Shown piece by piece: positions 9,083-15,532 of a DNA stretch of 23,766 nt (its first letter is position 1; every line of letters starts with the position of its first letter). This stretch comes from Candidatus Woesearchaeota archaeon CG1_02_57_44. GTDB taxonomy: Archaea > Nanobdellota > Nanobdellia > Woesearchaeales > CG1-02-57-44. The notes beneath the pieces are model-generated. The model saw nothing but the letters and a program-made list of their open reading frames with translations. It was not told the DNA's origin and did not search any database. Location: assembly GCA_001871415.1 (NCBI GenBank), contig MNWW01000067.1, positions 62,001 through 85,766 of the forward strand. The letters run 5' to 3'. Made by a program: the position numbers and the translations under genes.

Positions 9083-9691
9083 TCAGATGCGTCTGCTGTC
9101 GTCCTCTTCAATGCGCTTCAGCAACGGCAGATAGATGGGCTCAGCCTCGGGGATTTCCAGGACGTCTTGCATCTGTCGCTTCGTCGTTATCGTCTTGGTG
9201 ATGCCGTCCACTCTCACAATGAACTGTCTGTCCCGAAAGCTCTCGTGGAGAACGTCGATGAGAATCTGTTTGCATGGGCTAAGTTCCTCGGCGATGGCGT
9301 CGGCGTAGAGCACTTGCCCCACGATGCCGCTATCTCCTACGCGCTCGCCGAACTGCTCGAGCAGCTCCGCCATGACGACCAATGTCCCTTTCACGCAATC
9401 CAGCAAGTGCTGTTCATCTCTGACTTCAAGCGTGAAGTAGGCACGCACGCCCTTTCGTCGTGTCCGGTGATAGTAGTCTATCTGGAAATGAGGGATGTCT
9501 GCTCTATGCGAAGGGGTCTTTGTCTGGTGACGCTCGATTCCTACCTTGAACTTGACCAGATGCTCCTGTCCTGCGTCCTGCTCTCGCACCTTCAACTGTA
9601 CGGTGAATGCGAAGCCATCCTCTTCAGCTATACGTACGCGTATCGTGTGGCCCGCTGCCTGCAGATGCCGCGTCTTGACATACGCCTGCAC
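9083..9691 (-). CDS. Hypothetical protein, second gene of the RHH-led pair
   Basis: The protein-like part of ORF 9083..10159 begins only after the stop of the upstream gene (9693); GTG at 9691 taken as start (uncertain). Contains 'ERHQTKTPSHRADIPHFQIDYY'. Confidence 0.7.
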   Translation of the reverse strand: MQAYVKTRHLQAAGHTIRVRIAEEDGFAFTVQLKVREQDAGQEHLVKFKVGIERHQTKTPSHRADIPHFQIDYYHRTRRKGVRAYFTLEVRDEQHLLDCVKGTLVVMAELLEQFGERVGDSGIVGQVLYADAIAEELSPCKQILIDVLHESFRDRQFIVRVDGITKTITTKRQMQDVLEIPEAEPIYLPLLKRIEEDDSRRI

Positions 9692-9692
9692 C

Positions 9693-10220
9693 TCAGCGAG
9701 GGGGAGTCTCGAGATGCTCCATGACGTCTTCCTCGAAGGACGTCTCGTGCAGGCCGAGACGGGAGAAATGCTTCTTCCATGCCTGATAGTCCCGGAAGTC
9801 CTCCTTGCCGTACTTCCTGAAGACGAACATGGGGTCGATCTCTTTCCTGATGACCTGCTCAAGGATGAGGAAATAGTCTTTGCTCGGATCGCGCTGCTTG
9901 GCGTAGGCCTGAAGCGGTATCTTCTTTCCGTCTTTTCTGACGCTCTTGAGCGTGATGTCGAACCTGAAGTTCTCCGCGTCAAGGAGTCGATTGTAGTGGA
10001 AGGTGAGTCCGAACGGCGCGTCTGCGACATATCCTTCGGCGCGCTCGAAGGTGGTCGCCTGCAGCGTGGGGGTGCTTTCCTTCTGTCTCGCTGCGATGCG
10101 CAGCAGATGACGGATGAAGTCCTCGTAGCTGAGGCCGCCCTTGGCGTGCTTGAGCTCATTTTTCGTCCTCATGGTGACAGGGATGCTCGTCGCCACGCGA
10201 TCGAGGGCAGAGGTTTCCAT
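9693..10220 (-). CDS. Ribbon-helix-helix (antitoxin-like) N-terminus fused to an unknown domain
   Basis: 'ATSIPVTMRTKNELKHAKGGLSYEDFIRHLL' fits the archaeal RHH pattern TTI.V...TK..L...K...SYD..I..L. A TATA box at 10241-10250 supports start 10220. Confidence 0.7.
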   Translation of the reverse strand: METSALDRVATSIPVTMRTKNELKHAKGGLSYEDFIRHLLRIAARQKESTPTLQATTFERAEGYVADAPFGLTFHYNRLLDAENFRFDITLKSVRKDGKKIPLQAYAKQRDPSKDYFLILEQVIRKEIDPMFVFRKYGKEDFRDYQAWKKHFSRLGLHETSFEEDVMEHLETPPR

Positions 10221-10222
10221 AA

Positions 10223-10250
10223 ATTCTATAGAATCTATCATTATATTTAA
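10223..10250 (-). promoter_or_regulatory. TATA box plus palindromic operator candidate
   Basis: TTAAATATAA (10250-10241), with the perfect 12-bp palindrome ATTCTATAGAAT (10223-10234) between it and ATG 10220. Confidence 0.6.
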
Positions 10251-10528
10251 GGGTTGTTATCCTATCTTTCTGCTGCATGACGGCACTGACGCATACCTGG
10301 TGCCTCTTATCGCTTCTGTGAGAAAAGCCGGAAGGGATGCGGGGTGGGGCGGATTATTTCCAGGAGGGATTATTATAGGTGGGGTGGACTCCCTTGGGGG
10401 CATGGCACGGCGAAAGAGAGCAGCTGGTACTCGCGCGTCTTCTGGTATGAGTTGGAGGAAAGTCCTGTTTGAGATAGATGAATATGCGCCGAACAGGCTC
10501 TGTCCTGAATCTCCGTAAAATAGATTTA

Positions 10529-10735
10529 CCCCTGCGGCCCGTAAGGGCTACAGGGGGGTGGAGGCGAATCTCCACCATGGATGAGACAAACAAGGAGACT
10601 GATAAAGTTAGGCGTTTGGTGAAGCGTTGCGGCTTGCCGAAGTGGCGGCACCGGTTCGGTCCGAAGACATATACGCTCTGGGAGCATGTGCAAAGTCTGT
10701 TGCTCAAAGACCTGCTAAACCTGTCATTCAGGCGG
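10529..10735 (+). mobile_element. IS remnant: 5' end of an IS5-like (DDE) transposase with structured leader
   Basis: From ATG 10577: 'MDETNKETDKVRRLVKRCGLPKWRHRFGPKTYTLWEHVQSLLLKDLLNLSFRR' resembles the N-terminus of archaeal IS5-like transposases (LP.W.H.FGPK.Y...LSYRR). It is truncated where the duplicated nucleotidyltransferase sequence begins. Two hairpins precede the ATG. Confidence 0.6.
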
Positions 10736-10926
10736 ACACGAGCATTGATTGGAGCGCACTCGTCGAGAAGGCGGCGATGCAGGCTGCTGACAATGAGTGG
10801 TTCCTCATTGACCTTGAGGCGACATTGCATGATCTCAAGAAGATGGCGTTCATCCCCAACAAGCACTTCAGGCGCATCTACGAGGCGCAAGAGCGGTTGC
10901 ACGGGGGAGCTTCAAGAAAAAACTAG
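10730..10926 (+). pseudogene. 3' remnant of the nucleotidyltransferase gene
   Basis: 'ADTSIDWSALVEKAAMQAADNEWFLIDLEATLHDLKKMAFIPNKHFRRIYEAQERLHGG' is nearly identical to the C-terminus of 11579..12244; the N-terminal part is absent. Confidence 0.9.
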
Positions 10927-10981
10927 CCCCGCTTGGATTCGAACCGAGTTCCCCCGCTCCAAAGGCAGGGATGATTGGCCG
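10924..10981 (-). pseudogene. Partial tRNA-Gln copy (D-loop to discriminator), att-like
   Basis: CGGCCAATCATCCCTGCCTTTGGAGCGGGGGAACTCGGTTCGAATCCAAGCGGGGCTA has 3 mismatches to the intact gene and lacks the 5' acceptor strand. Confidence 0.9.
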
Positions 10982-11090
10982 GGACTGGCCGCGATGTACT
11001 TGGATCGCACGTCATTGCTGCCAGTTCGCCGCCACAATGGAGCGTCGGCTACCAGCCTTTTGTCTCAACGGATAACAATATCATAGAAAT

Positions 11091-11100
11091 GTTTATATAT
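11091..11100 (+). promoter_or_regulatory. TATA box of the HTH/nucleotidyltransferase operon
   Basis: GTTTATATAT lies 21-30 nt upstream of ATG 11121, preceded by a purine-rich BRE-like AGAAAT. Confidence 0.65.
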
Positions 11101-11120
11101 TACTTCATATAGATAATATC

Positions 11121-11582
11121 ATGCGAGCTGGAAAATACACAGTAGAGACGTTTGCGAAAGAAGCGGGCCTGACCAGAGCGTCAGCGCTCAACAGGCTCTC
11201 GCGGCTGAAGCGCGAAGGATACGTGACCGTCAGCGGCGGCGGAGCGCAAAAGCGCATCTACACCCTGCACAACACGCCACAGCAACCGAGCAACGGATTC
11301 TATACGCTGGTCAATAAGTATAGCCCGGAGAAGCTTGTGCCGCGCTTCAAGCATCATGTCTGCGGTAACTACTCGGTCGAGCATGCCATCATCGATGGGA
11401 TTGGCATAGGCGATGCGCGAACGCTCGCCGCGACACAGCACCTGTTCCGGCACGTGACGGACTGGAAGCGGCTCTTCACCCTAGCCGGGAAGCACGGGCG
11501 CGAACAGGACGTAAGAGCGCTCTACGAGAAGGCGCGCGCCACCACACGAGTGAAGCGCATGCCCGAGAGGTATAGGAAATGA
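11121..11582 (+). CDS. Winged-HTH protein, AbiEi-like antitoxin candidate
   Basis: 'YTVETFAKEAGLTRASALNRLSRLKREGYV...GG..KRIY' is wHTH-like; 'YSVEHAIIDGI' resembles the AbiEi C-terminal (S/T).E.A.ID motif. ATGA overlap with the next gene. Confidence 0.7.
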   Translation: MRAGKYTVETFAKEAGLTRASALNRLSRLKREGYVTVSGGGAQKRIYTLHNTPQQPSNGFYTLVNKYSPEKLVPRFKHHVCGNYSVEHAIIDGIGIGDARTLAATQHLFRHVTDWKRLFTLAGKHGREQDVRALYEKARATTRVKRMPERYRK

Positions 11583-12244
11583 TCAACACGGAAGACCAGG
11601 AACAGCTCTTCAGGCTCATCGCGGAGTATCTTGAGCGCGACCTTGTCTGCGTCGCCATCGGCGGCACTGCCATGATGTTCATGGGCTACAAGAACGCCAC
11701 CAAGGACATCGATCTGGTGTTTGATTCCAAACAAGAACGGGATGTCTTCATCCGTGCGATCAAGGAGCTCGGCTATGCTGATAAGGCATTGTCCGGCATC
11801 TATGACGCGAAGCGAACGGCTCATCCAGGAAAGCCGCTCATGTTCACGCGCGGAGAAGAGCGCTTCGATCTGTTCGTGCACGACATCTTCGGCTACATGC
11901 TCAGCACGAAGGATGCGTTCACTGAGCGAAGAGATTACCTCGGGAAAAGCGAGTTTATCGTCCATCTGCCGACAAAGGAAGACCTTATCCTGCTCAAGGC
12001 GATCACGCGGCGGGAGAAAGACCATGAGGACATAGCGGCCATCATCAAGGCGGACACGAGCATTGACTGGAGCGCACTCGTCGAGAAAGCGGCGATGCAG
12101 GCCGCCCATAATGAGTGGTTCCTCATTGACCTTGAGGCGACTTTGCAGGATCTCAAGAAGATGGCGTTCATCCCCAACAAGCACTTCAGGCGCATCTACG
12201 AGGCGCAAGAGCGGTTGCACGGGGGATCTTCGGGAAAAAACTAG
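11579..12244 (+). CDS. Pol-beta-superfamily nucleotidyltransferase (AbiEii / DUF6036-like toxin candidate)
   Basis: 'VAIGGTAM...ATKDIDLV', 'ERFDLF', 'EDLILLKAITRREKDHEDI'. Confidence 0.85.
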   Translation: MINTEDQEQLFRLIAEYLERDLVCVAIGGTAMMFMGYKNATKDIDLVFDSKQERDVFIRAIKELGYADKALSGIYDAKRTAHPGKPLMFTRGEERFDLFVHDIFGYMLSTKDAFTERRDYLGKSEFIVHLPTKEDLILLKAITRREKDHEDIAAIIKADTSIDWSALVEKAAMQAAHNEWFLIDLEATLQDLKKMAFIPNKHFRRIYEAQERLHGGSSGKN

Positions 12245-12299
12245 CCCCGCTCGGATTCGAACCGAGGTCCCCTGCTCCAAAGGCAGGGATGATTGGCCG
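12048..12299 (+). repeat. 252-bp direct repeat, copy B
   Basis: See copy A at 10730-10981. Confidence 0.95.
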
Positions 12300-12314
12300 C
12301 TACACTACGGGGCT
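12242..12314 (-). tRNA. trnQ: tRNA-Gln(UUG)
   Basis: AGCCCCG-TA-GTGTAGCGGCCAATCAT-C-CCTGC-CTTTGGA-GCAGG-GGAC-CTCGG-TTCGAAT-CCGAG-CGGGGCT-A. Full cloverleaf with the A1-U72 pair typical of archaeal tRNA-Gln; no encoded CCA. Confidence 0.96.
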
Positions 12315-12495
12315 GTGTTGGTATGTGACTGTCGGCGATGGTTTGTCTTGCGGTTTTCGGCCTGATTGCTGCCGTATTGCCCTGCAGGACCAGGCCACTT
12401 TCCATCGCTTATACGCTGCGCGCATGATGCGCATGCTCGCAGACCGTGCGGCCTTGGGCCGCGCTTCTTTGGATCGACCCTTTCGTAAAGGGTCG

Positions 12496-12516
12496 GGCCG
12501 GAACACTACGGGGCTG
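12496..12516 (-). repeat. Copy of the tRNA-Gln 5' end
   Basis: CAGCCCCGTAGTGTTCCGGCC vs CAGCCCCGTAGTGTAGCGGCC (12315-12295): 19/21 identical, offset 201. Confidence 0.85.
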
Positions 12517-12562
12517 CTGCTCGCTTACTTTTTTCTCTCTTGGGCTGGATGTCGGTGTTTGG

Positions 12563-12572
12563 TATATAAAAA
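12563..12572 (-). promoter_or_regulatory. TATA-box candidate upstream of the tRNA-Gln region
   Basis: TTTTTATATA on the minus strand about 50 nt upstream of the 5' tRNA fragment. No comparable box lies directly upstream of the intact tRNA. Confidence 0.5.
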
Positions 12573-12696
12573 TAGCGGCAGTATGGCGCAATGCGGTGGT
12601 AATAGGGACTGATTGAAAGGAATCGAATCCATTGACCGAAGTAGGACTGATTGGTGTATTTATAGATACAATTGCTGCATTGATAAAAATAGGAAT

Positions 12697-12715
12697 AATT
12701 GGGACCGCTGGAATT
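12697..12715 (-). repeat. Copy of the tRNA-Pro 3' end (att-like)
   Basis: aattgggaccgctggaatt vs aattggggccgctggaatt (12838-12856): 18/19 identical, offset 141. Confidence 0.8.
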
Positions 12716-12840
12716 GGCGAAGTAATGGCCTACCGCCCTTACCACCCCGAGCGGGACATATCGGCCCTTCGGGCCTCAGCCCCGCGGTTGAGATAAATTT
12801 GTCGCTAAGATAAGAATTGTTATATTAAGATAAGATAAAT

Positions 12841-12936
12841 TGGGGCCGCTGGAATTCGAATCCAGGTTGCTAGCAAACCTGTGCCCTTGACGGGCATCCC
12901 CAGGCTAGAGTGATAGCCAAGCTACACTACGGCCCC
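12841..12936 (-). tRNA. trnP: tRNA-Pro(GGG) with a 22-nt intron at canonical position 37/38 (intron 12876-12897)
   Basis: GGGGCCG-TA-GTGTAGCTTGGCTATCAC-T-CTAGC-CTGGGG-[ATGCCCGTCAAGGGCACAGGTT]-T-GCTAG-CAAC-CTGGA-TTCGAAT-TCCAG-CGGCCCC-A. The intron forms a TGCCC/GGGCA hairpin and a bulge-helix-bulge-like junction. Confidence 0.93.
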
Positions 12937-13361
12937 GTGCTTATGGTTTCCATGCCGGCGCGCACATATCTGATGCGCACCTCGCCCGAATAATTACCAT
13001 ACGGTGTGCCATCGGGAGGGCACACGGATATCGTCACCCGTTTCTGCTGTCCTTGCTCAAGCAGGATGTCCTGCGTCGTTATCCAGTTGCTCATGTTGCC
13101 CCTGCCCTTCACATTCACCTTGACCGGAAACGGGTAGCTGTGATTGACGTCGACGAAGCGCATACCGCATCCGCCTGGTCGTACCATGCCAAAGCGGAGC
13201 ATGGAACCGTTGACATCAAAGCCTATCTTTTCAGCCACCTGCACCTGCGCTGGGATGATGCGGTCGTCAAGGACCGTGTACCGATAGTGCGCGAGCGCGG
13301 TCATACTGGCTGACAACGCGAACACCGCTGCGAGCAGCAGTGCCAGGGAAGCTGACCTCAT
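12927..13361 (-). CDS. Small exported Ig-fold protein
   Basis: 144 aa from ATG 13361, with a TTTTTAA box 23-29 nt upstream. Hydrophobic N-terminus, 'LRFGMVRPG', 'VTISVCPPDGTPYGNYSGEVRI'. Confidence 0.8.
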   Translation of the reverse strand: MRSASLALLLAAVFALSASMTALAHYRYTVLDDRIIPAQVQVAEKIGFDVNGSMLRFGMVRPGGCGMRFVDVNHSYPFPVKVNVKGRGNMSNWITTQDILLEQGQQKRVTISVCPPDGTPYGNYSGEVRIRYVRAGMETISTGP

Positions 13362-13392
13362 GGGACGAAGAAACCGACGTCGCTTAAAAAGC

Positions 13393-14862
13393 TTATCGCT
13401 TGCGGGCTTTGTGTGCCGGCGCCTTGTTTTTGGCGCTGGTCTTGTGCTTTGCTGGTCTTGCACAGGTTGGACTCTTGGCGATCTTATTCCTGGCTGCTGG
13501 CTTCGCGCGCGCTTTTGCCTTGGCATTTGGTCTTCTGCTGACATCTGTGGACGCAGGCGCTGCACTGCCGGGGGGCAGTGGCATATCGTCCAACGCATTC
13601 GACGGGGTGCCCGGCGGCAGTGGGATATCATTCCAGTCATCTATCCTGGACCCTCTTTGCGCTGGCATGCCCAAAGCAGCTGCGTTCTGTGGCTGCTTTG
13701 GCCTGCGCAGGATGAAGAATAGGTTGGCTACGACCAGCAACAGAATCAGACCAATCATGATAGCGGTCGTGTTGAGCGGCTTTTTCTCTGGTGACGCGGC
13801 TGGCTTGGGCGGCAGGACTCGCAGGTCGATGTTATGGACAGAGATGTTCTCGCCGAAGTACAAGGACAATGTTCCCTGGGCGACATCATTCATATCCACG
13901 TCTGTGAGGTCAAGGTAACCGACCAGGTCAGTCCTGGCGAATGGCGCCACGTCGATAGGCAAGGTGCGGACATTCTTGCCGAGCACGTTAAGCTCTCCGA
14001 ACACGTTGCTGATGGTGCCGGACCAGCGGCTCTCTATCGTGAAGGTGATCTTGTTGATGCTCCCGCTGTGGACTTCACGGCTCCAACCTGCAAGCTCTAC
14101 GCCCATCGCGCCAACCCGAAACGATGTTTCCGCGGCAAGCGCTTGTCCATCCGCGCTCGAAGTCACCTTGACTGCATATGTTCCGGAGGGAAATGACCTA
14201 GAATCCACGAGCTGACGCCACGTCGTCTGGGAGCGCCCCGGCACACCTTTGGATACAAGATCATAAGACGCTACTTCTGCTCCCTGCTCATCAATGATGT
14301 CTAGGTGGATGCTCGCGCTGTCGATCGAGGTCTCTCCGAGATTCGACATGCTGACATCGATGGTGGTCTGGCTGCCTGGCGCTATGTCCTTGGCAGACAC
14401 CTCTAATTTGGGATATTTCCCCGGATAGGGAACCCGTATCGCGATGTAGACTCCTGCGCCGGTCTTGGCGACGATCATTCCTTGCTCATCTGTTGAGCTC
14501 TCAAGGGCGCGGAATCGGAACGTGTGCACGCCAGGGAAGGGAAACTCTTCAGGCATATCAATGATGACTCTGACCTTGCCCGTCATTCCCCCTTCAAGCC
14601 CTTCAAGTCTTGCCGGCTCGACGTGGACGAATTCGCTCGCATTGAGCGGGAACTGCTCTTGCTGGTCAATCACCAGGTCGATGGGATTATCTGTCCTCGC
14701 GATGATAGTGTATGTGAGAACCTGCTGCTCGCCGGGATGCCATTCAAGAATCTTTCCCTGCGGCCCCGCGATACCAATGGCCCGTGCTGACGGTGCCATA
14801 CAAGCGATAAGAATGAATGAAGATAAAAGAAAAAAAGGCAATGACCCTCTGCCGTGGTTCAT
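13393..14862 (-). CDS. Membrane-anchored multi-Ig-domain surface protein with Pro- and Lys/Ala-rich cytoplasmic tail
   Basis: Signal peptide ending ARA-IGI; beta-rich domains ('VPYPGKY', 'SNLGE', 'GTYAVKV'); TM 'AIMIGLILLLVVANLFFIL-RR'. Paralog of 19610..20890. Confidence 0.85.
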   Translation of the reverse strand: MNHGRGSLPFFLLSSFILIACMAPSARAIGIAGPQGKILEWHPGEQQVLTYTIIARTDNPIDLVIDQQEQFPLNASEFVHVEPARLEGLEGGMTGKVRVIIDMPEEFPFPGVHTFRFRALESSTDEQGMIVAKTGAGVYIAIRVPYPGKYPKLEVSAKDIAPGSQTTIDVSMSNLGETSIDSASIHLDIIDEQGAEVASYDLVSKGVPGRSQTTWRQLVDSRSFPSGTYAVKVTSSADGQALAAETSFRVGAMGVELAGWSREVHSGSINKITFTIESRWSGTISNVFGELNVLGKNVRTLPIDVAPFARTDLVGYLDLTDVDMNDVAQGTLSLYFGENISVHNIDLRVLPPKPAASPEKKPLNTTAIMIGLILLLVVANLFFILRRPKQPQNAAALGMPAQRGSRIDDWNDIPLPPGTPSNALDDMPLPPGSAAPASTDVSRRPNAKAKARAKPAARNKIAKSPTCARPAKHKTSAKNKAPAHKARKR

Positions 14863-14863
14863 C

Positions 14864-15529
14864 TCAGCAGTCAGGGCCAGCGCCGCAGTAGTACGCGGTG
14901 AAGGTCACAGTACTCGCCTTTGCCCCTGGAAACGCGTCGTCTGGGATATTGACAAGGATATCATACCAGAACTCGTCCTGCGTTTCTGATGGAGTCAGAT
15001 TCGCAATCATGAGCGTCTCATTGTCAGCGTTTATCTCTGTCCAGACGGGGATGATGAATGTCGCGCCTGTGGTCTCATTGTCACGGGCAGCGTGTTTGAA
15101 TTCTGGTGTGCTGCTCTCCATGGTCTCTGAAAGGAGGCTGGTCGCGTTCTTCGTATGCTGCACGGTCACGTTGATATTGACGTTGCCAGTGTTCTCCAGA
15201 ACCATGCCTGCTCCTGCGTGGGTCCCCGGCAGTGTGGCGCAGGTGTTGTTGCCGCCGGTGATGGTGTTCATAGAGCAATTGCTGTATACGGGATCGACAT
15301 ACCCTGTGCCGAAATCAATAGTCGTTATAGACAGGTTCACCTGAACCAACTGTTCTATCTCCAGTTGTGCGGTACCTTCGGTCACTGCCCTGCCGGTCAG
15401 GCCATCCATGAGCGTGACGATGGACTGACTGGTGCCTATCTTGTTGAGACTTACCAGCGTCCCGGTCAATGAGACAACGATTGCCGCGATGAGCAGTGTT
15501 GCAAGCGTCTTATTGGATACTTCTGACAT
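14864..15529 (-). CDS. Exported single-domain beta protein, candidate major filament subunit
   Basis: 221 aa with GGAGG RBS. Leader 'VSNKTLATLLIAAIVVSLTGT', 'LTGRAV', 'IDFG', 'LENTGNV', terminal strand 'STVTFTA'. Function is inferred. Confidence 0.8.
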   Translation of the reverse strand: MSEVSNKTLATLLIAAIVVSLTGTLVSLNKIGTSQSIVTLMDGLTGRAVTEGTAQLEIEQLVQVNLSITTIDFGTGYVDPVYSNCSMNTITGGNNTCATLPGTHAGAGMVLENTGNVNINVTVQHTKNATSLLSETMESSTPEFKHAARDNETTGATFIIPVWTEINADNETLMIANLTPSETQDEFWYDILVNIPDDAFPGAKASTVTFTAYYCGAGPDC

Positions 15530-15532
15530 GTT

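Larger units (their letters stand above)
10730..10981 (+). repeat. 252-bp direct repeat, copy A (copy B at 12048-12299)
   Basis: Ungapped alignment at offset 1318 with 14 mismatches by manual count (~94%). Covers the 3' end of the nucleotidyltransferase gene and the 3' 58 nt of tRNA-Gln. Confidence 0.95.

Noticed and set aside
9692..10159. 358-aa version of ORF 9083..10159
   Set aside because: The Ser/Arg-rich N-terminal half is an alternate-frame shadow of the RHH gene.
7883..10250. Long plus-strand ORFs (7883..8665, 9077..9724, 9546..10250), and likewise 19529..20320 and minus-strand 11522..12280
   Set aside because: They are antisense shadows of better-supported genes, which is common in GC-rich DNA.
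10402..10518. 38-codon ORF MARRKRAAG... with a TATTATA box upstream
   Set aside because: It may be a gene remnant cut by the IS, but it is too short to support a call.
10730..12299. Diversity-generating retroelement template/variable repeat pair
   Set aside because: The mismatches are not adenine-specific, no reverse transcriptase is present, and the repeat includes tRNA sequence.
10924..12516. Trans-spliced split tRNA-Gln
   Set aside because: There are no long complementary leader/trailer sequences, the 3' piece has a T-stem mismatch, and an intact gene is present.
12750..12790. Hammerhead ribozyme or K-turn suggested by CTGA-GGCCC-GAA-GGGCC-GATA (minus strand)
   Set aside because: It lacks the CUGAnGA and GAAA core; the second GA required for a K-turn is also missing.
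11058..12798. Inverted repeat TTTGTCTCAACGG / TTTATCTCAACCG as element ends
   Set aside because: Only 11/13 identical, it does not extend, and no target-site duplication is seen.
12316..12840. CRISPR array, RNase P RNA or SRP RNA in the inter-tRNA region
   Set aside because: There are no regularly spaced repeats, and the GAGGAAAGUCC and SRP helix-8 signatures were not found.
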